From Botryllus schlosseri (Eukaryota): a DNA stretch of 64,000 nt. The position numbers and the translations under genes were made by a program. Numbering within the stretch: the stretch's first letter is position 1; every line of letters starts with the position of its first letter. The stretch lies in contig CM119372.1 in assembly GCA_051294905.1 (NCBI GenBank), positions 39,806,001 through 39,870,000 on the forward strand. Direction: 5' to 3'. This document shows positions 24,158-38,336 of the stretch, piece after piece. The notes beneath the pieces were generated by a model. It was not told the DNA's origin. It was given only the letters and a program-made list of their open reading frames with translations, and ran no database searches.

Positions 24158-27100
24158 GTATCCATATGTCTCATTCTGTAGATTATTGATAAAAAACGTC
24201 AATGAACCTGCAATAACCTTACAGGAAAGTCGTTAACATTTGTCTAAATGCGTTTGAAAGTAGCTGCCATAGAGTGGGCGTGTTAGCGACCATAGAACGG
24301 CGAGAAGACTAGTAATCACGAAATCACGTCTCTTGAATGGTTAATCAGCTATGCTTGAATGATCACGACCACGGCGGCTTGCTGATTACGTGCTTCTAGT
24401 AGTTCAAGAATTACGCTAACGGCAATGATGATTCTGTAAGTGCATTGTACGTTGGTGATTAAATAATAAAATGAGACACTTGGTCATTGAATTTTTAGTG
24501 TTAAAACTAGATAACGATAGGTTCAGAACAACAATACCCTCTTGCAGGCATGACAGCTGAGGTGAAACATCGAATGCTTCTGAACTTATAGATCCCAGAA
24601 ATACCTATCTGATATGATGAGATTACGCCAAGTGGTCCTGCTTTTCTGGGTGCAGTGCAGGTAATGTAGCCTATATTAGTTATCGCCAAACTGGTGCATC
24701 ACACCATGTGAGATGGATTCTGGACACAATCCTGTATGCTCAGAAGATATGTGGGCTGGCGAGGTAGCTTACATTGGGACTCTGAAGAAATGTAACTACC
24801 GCACCGCTTCAATACATTCTTTTTTATGTCTATATCTGGTTTGATTCAAGCATTAGTCGTGATGTAGCCGGTAATGATCTAAGATTCATTATGGACATGC
24901 CAAACAATGCAAGCGAACAGTCTTTTTGCTGGTCCTACCAGCATAGTCTATGCTTGCCTTTAGACCCTTTTCCGGGGCATCATTGAGGACTTTGACAGCA
25001 CTCGCGGGTATGATTCATTATGCTGCAAGAATGTGACAAGTGCCAAGCATAAATAGCAGATTCATCCAGCCCGTACAGCTTTTAAGAGTTCAATTATATA
25101 GGCTACCACGATAAGATAAGATCAGACACAGTAGCGTCAATGTCAAGTTTTATATTTGTATTCAATCATGATACATCCCCTCTGAAACTAGAAGTTCGTT
25201 CGCCACTTGCATAAGCGCCTTTGCAATATTTCTTCTCGTGTTTTTGTACTTTCCCTCGATGAAAACAAGGCATACAGGCTACAACGGTTGCCTTCACAAT
25301 AAGCCATCAAGTCATGTATTTAAAGTTTTTGTGAAGCAGCTATTCTTTTTTCAACATGTATTTCGTCACTCAACATGTTCTGAATTAATCTTAAATCATT
25401 ATCTGCGGACCAACCTACAATGCGCTTACGGAATCACCGCCGTTAGCCGACTCCTTGACCTGCTGATCAGCATGCCGCCACCGTCGTGATCATTGAAGCA
25501 TATCAGATTAGCCAATCAAGCGCCGGGATTTTGTGATTACTAGTCTGCCTGCCGTTCTATGGTCGCTGACACGCCCACTCAACGGCAGCTACTTTCAAAC
25601 GCATTTAGACAAATGTTAACGACTTTCCTGTGAGCTTATTGCAGGTTCATTGACGTTTTTTTTATCTATAATCTAAAAAATGAGACATGGATACGCATAA
25701 ATTTTGAGATTTTCCAAATTATGGACAACCCTAACATATACATGTTGATATACAATGTTCTTTCCAATTCTCTACAAGTTGCTGACGAATACTCCTGGCG
25801 AGTGTCAGTCGAAAATATTCGGATTCATTTCAGTATGAATATAGCCTACTACTCCATTTCCAATCCTGTTATTCGAAATCATGAATTTTAGATTCTTAAC
25901 TTTATTCATTTCATCAATGTCCTGATTAACGAAGAATTCCCGACGAAATAATGAGCCCCATCCCTGAACCTTATTTAACCTCTTCACCTTCTGCGCCAAG
26001 TCATAATGGGCTCATTTCATCAATCAAATGCTGGTTACGTGCTAGAAATAATTCACCAACATTATCTTGGTAATACGGTGAAGATCAATTACTTCGTATA
26101 TAATGCTTGAGCTTTCGAAACACCATCGTCACAACTATACCCAAGTCTTACTTTGAGATGTACACAAAACCTGAATATCTGTTTAATTTTGTTTATGTAC
26201 GGATTTTGGAACAAGTTTGTTACCGTAGGAATTTACCCTCTTTGGAGTCGCATTTGCGTGTTAAATATCATGTATATCTGGGCAATAGTGTTGTCAAACT
26301 TGAATTCATGACACAACTTGTAGAATTGAGGGAATATTCTGGTGTTTGCCGAGTGTAGTTGACAGTATCAGATGTCATAATGCCCGTGTAATTGCTCCTA
26401 ACCCCAATGCGAGAGAACCAGCGGTGGGTAAAAGGTAGTCGCGGAGGAACATAACGACATCGGTTCGATCTTCAAACATAATATGACATGAAACAGCGCT
26501 GATAGGGATAGCTAGACAGGGATCTTCTGAGCATACTTGGAGTACTAGAAAATTTTCAGCTTTTCTAGATTAGATTAAATTTACTGACGGGATTTGTTAT
26601 GTCCTTACCCGTATTAGACAGTCGATTGGTTTTCGATGTTTTTTGACGCCGTCATATTATCAAAAATTGTTCGTCCATCTATTAGTATATATCTTCATAT
26701 AATCGCTTGACGTGGATTTCTAGCTGATAGTCAGAAGGTATATATGCATCGCATTTGCAATCTGAGGTAGAATACATGGTTCGTTGCCGTGTAGAAACGG
26801 CTGATTAGTCAAAGATTCTGTTGGACAGTGTGAAATATTAATGGAAGAAAATTATAATGAAAGACTGCTTTTCGGTGGTAGAATATTCCGGTGTAGGGCA
26901 CATTATCGCTGCAAGTTTTGATATTGTACAAAAATGGTGATTGCTTGTTGGAGCAGTAAAGTTGCAAAGCGACCAAAGTGAATGATAATAGGGATAAGAT
27001 TTTTTTCCAAAACCCGTGATTGGTATCGTTAATTGTTTTTAAGTAGCATGTGCGATGTTGATATTTTAAGAGCGATAGATGGAGAGGAAGTCGTTCGTTC

Positions 27101-27741
27101 CATTGTCACAGTCTGGAAATCGCAACTGAGCAGGCATGGGCAACTAGTTAATCATAATTGTATAATTAGACCAATTAAATATAAATTTTTATGATTTGTG
27201 AGATACTTCTAATATGCTCGAATTGTAATTCTTAAGTAATTTGTGGAATCTTTCCATTCTCTAATTGCTATTCTATTCTAATTACTGGTTTTCCTGAAAT
27301 TGCTACCGGAGAACTGTATATAGTGCGGAAACGTACCGAAACCCAGTGTAGAGACATACCACATTCTCATGCTTATGAGGATGAGCTATGCTTTGATGTA
27401 AACTGAGCTTCATTCTTGGTGTATTCCTTCCTTCGTTCGAATTTAATTCAATTTCAAAGTGTTTGCGTGATTGAAATTCTAATTTAATTTGAAAAAAGGC
27501 GTAGCTATAACTGTAATTTTAATCTAACAACTAGAGACACCCCAGCTCTCCGTACTCATTTCTGAAATAGAATCCATTAAAATACCGTGAAAAGTTGATT
27601 AGAACTCGATCACAATATTAAGATCTTTGTAATATAATACGAGCATTGGTATTTTTTGCATTCATCTCGTTTCAAATTGAAGAGACTGTTTGATGACAGA
27701 GTTTCAATATGCAATGGAATAATATATGCATATTGAAATTA

Positions 27742-27775
27742 ATCCGAATATTTTCGGCTGACACTCGTCAGGGGT
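27742..27775 (-). ncRNA. Minimal type I hammerhead ribozyme motif (PLE-associated)
   Basis: Minus strand ACCC CUGACGA GUGUCAGCC GAAA AUAU UC GGAU: intact core, palindromic stem III AAUAUU; one mismatch in stem I. Confidence 0.65.
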
Positions 27776-30700
27776 CTGAGGCACTAGTAGAGAATGGAAA
27801 ACTTTATTTCAATATGAATACGTTATGCGATTCAATTTCTTATTACGTTACGTATTGCTCATCCGTTTCGAGGACGAAATAGCCACAAAACCACTACCAA
27901 ATCTATTTGAAGGTAATCAATGTGTGAGGTGGTCATTTGCGAGTATGTTGATATCGAATCACATGAATTTTGAGCGATGAAATCGCATTTTTCTGTACCT
28001 GGTACCGTATGCTGGCCGTTCAACTTCAGTCGAGTGGCGAGGCGAACGTAATGAGATCGTGAGATTGATTGGATCTTGAGGGCGGAACGATTTGTTCCCC
28101 CTGTCAAATCTGCGAGGAAGCTTTGTCTCGAGTGTTGTTGAATAAGTTGTTTGTTTTGGTTTGATCCTGTTTATCAGCGATGGAATTAGCTGCATCGTTT
28201 GCTGTACTGCGGGCGCAGAGTTCACCACGAAGCCAGACTAATGATGGCTTGTCGTTACATCCCTGACGCTTCCATTGCTCTTATTATGGCCGGCATTTTG
28301 AGACTTATCAAGGACACTGTCCTGATGTAATGCTCGCGTGTAAGATAACTTAGCGCGCTCTGTCTTTTTTGCGCAAACAATGAAACAAAGTGTACTTAGA
28401 TGATCTTACAACATCCACGATGCTTGATCCCTGCATTAACTCCTTATCAAATAATTAGACTCGGAAAACCAACTATATAGCAATTAACATTGCGTTGAAG
28501 GGAAGATCAGAATTCATTGCGTTGTATATCCAGCGCTTGATCGATTCCGCGAAAAAAGAAAAAATAGGACGAGACTACTTTTAGAATGGGGTGTGGAATA
28601 AAATGACGGCATATATGCTGAACACAAAGTCGTGAAATTTCGAAATCTTTCGAAATTGATCGCCCGGTCAGACATATAGCATAAATATCCGGGAAAATAT
28701 TTTAGGGCGCACAGAACTTCGTTATACAATTGAATAATATTTTCATATTGAAAGACACACGAGTAATTTCGGCTGACATCCATTGGGGGTCATCGTCATC
28801 AACTAGTAGAGAATTGAAATAACATTTATGTCAATATGAATAGATTATTCAATTCTATATTTACTAAAAGTGATTAGATAATTACGTGGTTTGAGGTCGC
28901 CAGTCGATGCTGTCGCGGTGCGGTCTTGTCGGACGTGACTTCAGACCCGAATTGTGGAACTCTGTCGGAAAACGTCAATTTATATGGTTGTCTTGCTCCC
29001 ATGTTCTTTGACGGTGTATTCTCAGTGATTTTCAGGTCATGTTCAACCATAAGCCTTATCTATGTGGTCTGGTAAAACGCAAATTAAAATAATGATAGTG
29101 AAATGTAACTCGATTTTTATATCGCGATGTCTTAATTAACTATATGCAGTGAAGCTTCGAGTTTAGTGGGTTTTGGACAGATTGATTTACAAACGATGTA
29201 ATGTATATTGAATTATTGATACTTGACGCTGATTCAGTCGAAACTTGTGTCAAGTGATCGATGAAGCTCTTTGAAGTTGTGGATCCACTATTCAGATATC
29301 ACTGCGAATATCTCGAAAAGTATGTACGCGGTGGGAAGAATGCGTTGTTTAGAGCAAAATTCTGCGATATTGAGTAGATTTCACTTTAGGATACATACTC
29401 TTTTATTTGCAAGATATTTTAGATACAAACGATGTCCAATGTACGCCAATAGAATGATATTCTGCCTGTAATACACTATCTAGCGACGGCATAGGGTTGA
29501 ACCAAAATAAATAATAATGCTATTGTGATATATTCACCCAGTAAATCTCTGTTAAATCCATCAAAATTGCAGCATAATTCCAAATCAAGTTCACAGTCGC
29601 TCTCAGATGCATTGCACAGACGATCGAACCACAAAGAGAAACATTACAGTCTCAGTAGCCTTGGAAGATATCATTATGCCATATAGGTCTCACGACCAAT
29701 TATAGAATAGTTCGCACGGACAACATCAATATTTACGCAATTTGAACTGAACTGGAACGCCAATATCATCGACGCAGAGACGCTAGTAGCACGCGAGTCG
29801 CGATTCACGCGAATTGAAATCGATTTTCCTGTCGACGGTCTGTCTTATTGATATACCATGGTTAGCGTACCCGAATCTCAAACGATTGTGAATTCTAATG
29901 ATTCCAGTCGAGTAGTGAGACATCATGATACGCTCTTTACCATTAATAGTTGATTTATCAACGTGAATTATAGTTCCCATGCTAATTTCCACTACGGGGG
30001 CTCGTATTTCGGTTGTATCCAATATGGAAGCTATACGGATAAGAGAGGAAATAATAGCGGAAGCAATAGCGAAACCAACTGCATTATCGCAAAGTGCAAT
30101 GAAATATAGGTATTGCCGAAAAAATATAAAACGTGATGTAAAACTGACATGATATTTTTTGTGGCCCCATAAAACGTACATATATTTGAAATTTGTACCT
30201 CATGCATGCTGTTGTGACGTAATATTGAGTCTAACAATTTAAGGCTAATAATCGATTCGAATCGATTAACTCAGGTACTTGATCTTACCCAGCCCGAGTA
30301 TTAATCGACTGGCCATGGCCATGTTCACGAGCCAAGCTGTTCTGTTCAACTTTAACCATTATGGACTTCTTTGTATGTAGATCCCTGCTCTGCTCAAGTA
30401 AAGATATGCAACATTTGATACCATCATAAACAGATATTAGAACAATAACCAAGGCTCGAGTATAGCCGACGTTTCTGTCTTTTACTTCATATTTACCGCA
30501 TTGGTTCGCATTTTCACTTTCAATTAGTTTTATTGGGACATTTCGCATTACATTTTCCCGTATATAAGGGGTATATTTTAAAAGGCGTACACTCTTTTGA
30601 AAGGCAGTCAGCGTCGACCAGTGTCAATTGGTACGATATCTCACCATATTCGAAGAAAAGTTAAGAATCCTGTGATCCTCGTGCGATGCAATTATCCTTT

Positions 30701-31449
30701 GATCCTAAATTGCAAGGATATACCAAATATGCATTCCAATAAGGCGCGTGAAAAGAATTTGTTGAAAACCACCCTAGCTCATTTCCAGGTATAAAGTATC
30801 GCTTAAGCAGTTTTCTAGCACCTCACGAGACGGGTTCGAGCCAAGTCCAGTAACTTGATAACGGCTATGTTTACAATTTCCGAAAAGGAGCCATTTTTCA
30901 TACAGAAATTCAATCTTTTCTTGAATATAGATACTATCTTGATAACAGTCCTCTTCTCACTCTATGATTACTCCATAATCCGTCGCGCAGTTGGTATATT
31001 ATGATGGCTATGTAACTTTATCGCTTGCTTCATTCCATTCTCTGTACGCACGAGACTTGTACTGGAATCTTTCTTTTGGGCTAGTAGTTCTAAAAATGAT
31101 AGCGTCTAATCATTTATCACAATAATTTACTTTTATTACTAATTTACCACGATAAGCATGAATCACGCATCCACGATCGATTTCTATTGTTATTTGCACA
31201 GTAAAATGTTTATTGGAGTAAAGATCTCTGTTATTATTACTGATATTATTGCAATCTTGAAAGCTCATAACTAGCAGTATTAGAAGCGTCATGTTCGTCT
31301 AAATTCTACAACTAATTTCTACGAAATCACATGGCATCTGGCAAATGCAGCCGCATCGCACCGAATAAAATCAATGATTCCCAACCCATTTTTGTTACAC
31401 TATCTCGATTACACTGGTCCATTCTCAATTACGATTCGTTCTACACAAG

Positions 31450-31842
31450 ACTTGGCCACCAGAATAATTTCAGATTTTCTATGACGTAGATTAGCATTAT
31501 AAGGATAGCTATACATTTTACCAAATTACGCTAGAACTATATTTATATCTACACGTTTTATCCGAACTAGATTCGATTTAAGATTACTGTATTCGCGAAA
31601 GCTTGGAATTTCAATCAAGTTCGGTTCATATCATATGAGAATTCGTTCTCATGAGCATGTGGCAGATGTCTGTGCGGCAAGATTGGCCGTTTCGCACTAT
31701 TCTGTTCTCCTGTACCACCTTCAGGAAAACCATAAATTAGATTAGAATGAGAGCAAAGAAAAATTCACAAATTAGATTAGAATAGGTTTACCGGCATTTC
31801 ACTATACTGGGTCTAGTTATGCTACTAGTTTTCCGAGTCTGC
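31450..31842. repeat. Dispersed ATTAGA/AATTAG-rich repeat family (also ~8685-8947 + 10624-10830, 27220-27530 reverse, 35270-35620, 56390-56710, 62760-62980)
   Basis: Shared blocks aaattagattagaat, tcaagttcggttc.tatca, ttctcatgagca(t/c)g, cagttctcctgtag and ttaccggcattt; probably an old MITE. Confidence 0.75.
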
Positions 31843-34699
31843 TCTATGGATCACACCAGATTGATTTCAAGTATACCTGATGCAACAATCGCTAATCCAG
31901 GTCAACTTGTATGTGTGTATAATTAGAAATGGTGCGTGCAACTGCGAATGGTCATTGCACCATATCATTTAAATATGGTCAATGCTATTTTATACTATAT
32001 ACGGACGATCCTAATGTTAGATTTCTCTACCTGATAATATGACAAATTCAAATATCATATTGTATCCACATAATCGTCTGAACGAGACCTATGTCTGTTA
32101 CATAGCTGATGAGGTATTTCATTTAAATTAAGAAGAGAAAATGCGATGTAAAGTTAGCTGATGTAAATATGTTAATATCAATGCGCATGGGTACATATGT
32201 AGGGCGCTCGTATGTACACAAATGTTAATTCAGTCAGTGATTCTACGTATATACGATACAAGGTCATGAGATCAACTGAAATTATGTTTATGGAAAAACA
32301 GCGTAGGTATTGTCAAGGTAGCTCTGTATGACTCTACGTTCGAATATAAATTAAGAATATTGTTGATATACAATGCTCTGTTCCATCTTCTACTAGTTGC
32401 TGACGATCACCCCTGACGATTGTCAGCCTAAAATATTCAAGTTTATTTTGATATGAATATATGATACAATTAATGAATATTGACCGAAATAATGAAACTC
32501 TTCTCGGAGATTAGGAAACTACGGATCAAATCATTCTATAGAAGCCAATATTATAGTTCGTTCCAGTTATTTTTAAATCTACGAACATCAATATACACCT
32601 GAATACTATATTCATATTGAAATCAAACCGAACATTTTTGACTGAAACTGGTCAGGGGTAATCGTCAGCAACTAGTCGAGAATTGGAAAGCACATTGTTT
32701 ATCAATAATCGTAACATATTCGGTGATACGATTGTTGATATAAAATGTTCTTTCCAAGTCGGCTTCATTTCAATTGGAATATTCAATATTATCATAATAC
32801 TTCGTAAGTTTTGCTTCCTATAAAAATAATGTCATCATTGACAGATGACGAGACTATACAGCGCTACCGTGCGCAACCAAGTGCTCCTAATTGGACGCAC
32901 AGCGACTAATACACAGATTTCAACAGATCGACCTTTCGCGTGTGAAATATCCTACTTTCTATGGAGAATATCCACGTAGCGCGTTTCCAAAATCGGCCCT
33001 CAACGACAATACATATTAATATTCTTGGCAGGCAAGTGTCAGTAAGGAGAACACACGCAGATGGCCGGTTTTGTCTTCCAAGCGCACCAAGGCGAGAGCA
33101 AATAATCAGTGCCGAACCGTATCATAATAAATAGACGCAGAATGATAAACGGCAGTCGTAAAGAATCGCCAGAATTATTGTTTCCAATTCATGTCTCATG
33201 CTTTCTACGATTTACTCGCATTTTGAATTAGCAAGTTCAGAGTTACCCACGGTCCAAGCGCAGGACGCAATACGCATTATAATGCCCACTGTACATAAAT
33301 ATCACACGATTGTTATGCTTAGACAGATTGGATCAACTATAAAATTGTCAAATTTTCCAAATTAGATTAGAATTAGAATTATTGCTGCACAGTGTTTTTC
33401 AAATTATTATAAAATTGGGCAAAGATCATTAAAAGTTTAACTGTATACTAGAAACTTTCTGACGCTTTATCTTCTTATGTTCGAATGATTATGACGAGTA
33501 TACACGTGTCGCGTTATTTGCCAAATGTTGACGATGTCGTGTTCAATGTTTATTTACTCTTACAATTCTGGAAAATCGTCGACAAATCGTTGCTACAGAA
33601 TTTTCAGCATTTGAAGAGTAAACAAAGTGCGACTGATACTTTTCCAGTGCTGCTAAATCGTAACAAGTCTTCAGCAAACACGACTGCTGCAGCTTTAAGC
33701 TGATTCGTGCGACTCGGTAGGGCGTCTTACTGGAGACCTGGCGATTTTTATGAAATTTTAGGGAATCTCTACAAGTATAAATGCGATGCAAATAAAGAAT
33801 TAACCTCACTGCAAGAAATTTAATCAAACTTAAAGATTGAATCACCTTATAACACAAAACGCAAGTTTTGAACCGCGAAATGCATCGTGAAAATCGTGTC
33901 ATATAATAGTTTGGAAGGTGAAGCCTGCATATGAAATTAATAACATACTAGTTTTAATTACCATAGACGTAAGAAAATATATAATCTATATTGTGATCTC
34001 TATAACAGTATTGACAAATATCATTACCAATTCGTCTCGTGAATTCCTAATGCTGCTATTTCATTACCAGTGGTATTACTTCAGCCAGATCGCCATTATA
34101 ATTATGTTTATACATGCATTGACTTCATTGTCAATATATCTCATTATGTAACATTAGTATGAAAAGAATCATGTCCTTCGCAAATCAAATCTATGTAGCG
34201 TATGTACCGATTGTAGTCGTTCTACAGTAAAGCGTAATTGACTATGAAATTTCATCCGCTATGTTGTCACCTCAAACTAAATACGGCATTCGCGAAACAC
34301 ACGCATTCGTTGATGATCGTGGGTCGGAAAACTTTTAGCTTGCGTTTACGTATACACAACTAGACTGTATGATATACCCAGGATCCGAAAAGCAAGTGCA
34401 AAGGTGATCTGTAACTATGTACTGTGCCATGGGAGTGTGTGACGGTAGCTTGGCTGAGTCAGTAAGGTGTTTTATACCGCGCACGACCTTTACCACTATC
34501 AACATATTCAGTTGCGTATAACTGCTTTTGGGGACTATATTATGTCACCATTACCTGCGTGTAAAAGTATTATAATCGGTTTTGTACATCCTGAAGTCAT
34601 TATGGCGATAGTACGTTTCAGGTGGCATAATACAGCGTACAGTTATAGTACTAAGCAAATGTTAAGACATATCGCACACTCAAACTCTTAAACGTAGAA

Positions 34700-35260
34700 C
34701 TTTATGTTCAGGAAGCGTATTAATGGTAGTAATATTTATATATTTTCGTACTGTAATTGGTGTACATATTATCAAAGTTTCTAATAAGGATCAAAAGGTT
34801 GTTCATTTCATTGGAAAAGGTGTTAATTTTTTCAGTTTTTAAATTTTTGCGTCGGAGGATAGAAGGTATTCGTGAAATACGAATAAATCGCAAAAAGTAT
34901 GTTTGCTTCTGTTTTTGATTTCAATTGAGGACGTGTGTCATCTTGTAGGGTAACTAAACATTTGCGTTGAAATAGGATTTATTGGAAGATTTAGGAAATG
35001 TTATGTTTGTTAGTATGGCTGGAACTCAATTTTTAGGTTGCTATTCGCCAGATATATATTTAGAAAGTGTGTGGCTATGTCCTAGCGCATTGTTCGATAT
35101 AACCGCTATTAATACTGTAGTAGTTTTTACATAATATTCATCAACTCCTAACAAGCACGAACTGATTGGAGATTTCGGACATGGGGGTAACGAGACGAAA
35201 ATTCGGACAGTATTGTGAGGTTAAGTTTTCCATATGTTTTGTTCTCATGTCCGCGGCAGA
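34700..35260 (-). mobile_element. Highly decayed LINE reverse-transcriptase fragment
   Basis: Weak minus-strand matches to LGP.LF.IY and YADDT (LQDDT) motifs in the expected order. Confidence 0.35.
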
Positions 35261-36207
35261 GTTTCGCAACTACGAGATTTTCACATTTCTCAGATTAGAT
35301 TACAATTAGAATTTCAGCTACGCAGTGTTTTTTTTCAAATGATATCAGAATTACTGAATTCGCCAACGCTTGGTAATTATTGAATTCCATTCCGAATTAA
35401 AACGAAATACAACGAAAATCAAGTTCGGTTCGTATCAAATCAGAATTCAATCTCATAAGCACGAAAACGGCAAATGTCTGTACTGCAGACTTGGCTCGTT
35501 GCGCACGATACAGTTCTCCAGTAGTATTTTCAGGATAATCATAGACATTATAACAGAATTCAAATGAGAGCATAGAAACATTTCAAAAATTAGAGATTAC
35601 CGGCTTTTCGCTCTACTAATCTGTTTTGCTATCATGAATTTATTCCTATATCAATTTTTAACGTCAAAAGTATCCAAAACTGTTGATGTACTTTGCCAGC
35701 GTACGGTAAACATCCAAATTCATAAAAATTGATTACCGTAACATTACTATTCAGTCTCTTAGTGGTAGGTGGGGTCATTTACAGTACGATTCCAAAATAT
35801 TTAGCAAGAATAGGCCTACGCGTCAAATGAGAAATACTTTCACGTAAATTAGCAATATTCCGAGATTCCGCACCAATGACCACACACCTCCCGTTAAGTC
35901 CTGTTGACAATTCGTTACCCAATTACGATTATTACGTACACAAACAAAAATTCCGGACGACACGCTGACCAAGCTTGTCCGAATAACCCCATTCTTACGC
36001 GCTTTGCGAATCTAATTATTTCAAGAAAACGCTTTTTCTCGACATTACCGACATTCTATAACTATTATTAATCACTTTTAGTCTCAATATCCAGAAAATA
36101 TAGCAATATTCTAAGGTGATGACTCCTATTTTGGCTGTACTTTGATCGAAGAGGATACGGATTTCAGGATACATTAAAAATCGGAATCTATAAAATCGCC
36201 CGAGAAT

Positions 36208-36272
36208 ATGAAGAATATTGGAGTAACTAAAACCCATACAGCGTGGATTTCCATGATTATTTATTTGCTCAG
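36208..36272 (+). CDS. Wnt10: Wnt10, probable first coding exon (signal peptide)
   Basis: ATG...MKNIGVTKTHTAWISMIIYLL followed by AG|gtgagt, a strong donor. Phase 2 fits exon 2 (AG+T = Ser). Basic then hydrophobic N-terminus. Assigned by phase and character only, not by homology. Confidence 0.65.
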
Positions 36273-38094
36273 GTGAGTACGCCCAGATACTTTAGCCTTA
36301 GTTAAGACAGAATATGCCATCGATCATGATGTATTACGGGCTCTTTCTAACAGGGCAATGACATCTTGTCATACAAAGCCTCCTTATTGCCTTACATAAT
36401 CACCCGCTCATGGTGGCGCAACCATTTTTCTGCCTCTCAGAATTTTGAGTGGTATTGTTTTCGGGAGAATGCGGTCGGGGAAGCCGATATAATTTTTGTT
36501 CAAATGTCCGCAAAAATATACGCTCATCAACGGATATACAACAATGAAACGAAAATGGGTACAGTAAAATTTAACGGAAGTGAATAATGAACTGCACGGA
36601 TATACAGTGTGGAAAAAAGATTTCAATGCAAATTTCAAATTCATAGCTGAAGAGCATCTTTGAGGTACAGAACTTAAGCGTGAATATTTCCAGCTGATAC
36701 TCGTCAGGGGTTAATCGTCAGCAACTAGAATAGAATTGGAAATATTCTTATTTCATCTGTGCTATTTACACTATGAATTTTCCACTGAATAAGTAGATAT
36801 TCCCTATTTGCACTTAAATAATTACTAAAATATTTATGATATTAGATTACTTTTACTTCTACAAGCCATTTTTGGGCCAAGAATATTTACATTTTACGTA
36901 CTTGAAAATTGCTACTTTTACTTACTTTCAAATCGCTAGTTTAGTTCGTTTGTTTACTTTGCGGGCGACAGGGTTGTGATTGATTCATGATTTAAATTAT
37001 TTTTGATCAATCGAACGTGCCAACGTGAATTCCTTACAACGTCCCTATGTGCCTACGTCCCGTCGCACCCCATTTCTACTTATTCTGGTTTCGCTAGCTA
37101 TTCAATTGTGGGATAGGCTCTACACTCTCGGCGAAATGAGCGTGTATTCACTTCACATCCAAGGGGCCGGAAAGGGTGGTACATTGAAGCAGAACCACCG
37201 AACTCTGAATTATATCGCTGTCGTAAATCAAACGTGCCTATACGCACATACCTCCCTACGTTCCTGTGCAAGCATCATTTGTATTAGAATAGTGTACTCA
37301 ATTTATACCGCGGTACGAGTCTGGGTTATGTTCTGGTTTCTTGTGCCATGAGTTTATATTCACACCCGTATAGCAGGGGTGGTGCACGGGTGGAAATACA
37401 CGCTCTTCCTGAACCATATTGTTCACCATTAGGGTGAACTATTTTCGACAAGATTCTAGACCTCGAAACATATTCAAGCCTAATGGAAGAAAGTCTGTGG
37501 TTCTCAGGTAGATATCGAATATATTTGCAATTCTCCATCCCACGACACCAAAAATACCAAACATTATTGCGCTAGTCACGCGATCAAGTCGAAATCGATG
37601 CGGATGTGTTACTCCTGTTACAAAGGAAACACCACAAGGTACGGATCTGGTTGATACCTTTCATTTGTATTCAAGCCGTCTGTCTAGATTTTGCGTAATG
37701 ATCACTTGTCGCTGCCCAATAAACACTGCATCTTGGTCGGCACTCAACTTGTGGTGGCTTTGAAGTGACACTAACTAACTTCGTATTTACCGGTGTGCGA
37801 TTTCTCAACGAAAGCGCGGCTATAGGTTTCTACGAGATATAATGTTGGAATTTGAGATCTCGATCTACGAAGTAATGAGGCGAAAATAATATTCGATATC
37901 AATGATCAGGTATGGGCACTCGAATCTGATTGAGTTTGAATTGTAATGATTCAAGTCGTGTAGTGCGACACGGTTTTTTCAAGTAATGAAATTACACATT
38001 AATTGATCAACGATAATCCTGGTTTCGAACCTGTTAAAGCCTTGAAACCTATAGATAGGTCGTCTCGCATCTTCCGTAGCTACCGACTTGTAGG

Positions 38095-38249
38095 CTTTTA
38101 TGAGACACCGCTTACACGGATGAGATGGCGAGGAGGGGCCTAGATAAACCTCCAACACTTAGGTAGGAATGCTGGAGTCAACCTCGATCGGACTCGAAGC
38201 GAACCCGCAACCCATTGGTGTTGCAGCTGTGGGTTATACCACTACGCTA
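38095..38249 (-). mobile_element. tRNA-derived SINE (5' part)
   Basis: Minus strand tagcgtagtggt (A box)...ctgcaa...ttcgagtcc (B box); same family as 47591-47872. Confidence 0.8.
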
Positions 38250-38336
38250 TTTTCATTTTCGTGAGGTCGTGACCAACCCACAGCTTTGCCAGAAGGTGCA
38301 ACGAAATAGGTATGGTCGTAAATGTACCAAATTATC

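Larger units (their letters stand above)
22107..25733 (+). mobile_element. hATm-like deleted transposon (outer copy) with ~320-bp TIRs
   Basis: Ends TAGGGTTGTCCA / TGGACAACCCTA. Internal decayed transposase RQTGASHHVRWILDTILYAQK (cf. PGA.HHARWM...IY.LK) and AGNDL.F. Confidence 0.8.

Noticed and set aside
22154..25733. Simple tandem/segmental duplication or CRISPR-like array
   Set aside because: The TSD gtatccat and TIR structure show a nested transposon insertion. No repeat-spacer array exists anywhere in this eukaryotic window.
29221..29255. Hairpin acttgac...ctgattcagtcgaaac...gtcaagt resembling a hammerhead
   Set aside because: The core reads CUGAUUCA rather than CUGAnGA, and it is a single copy.
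25850..31300. Possible host-gene exons among many short ORFs
   Set aside because: No phase-compatible exon chain. Only faint LINE-like (endonuclease/ORF1) resemblance, too weak to annotate.
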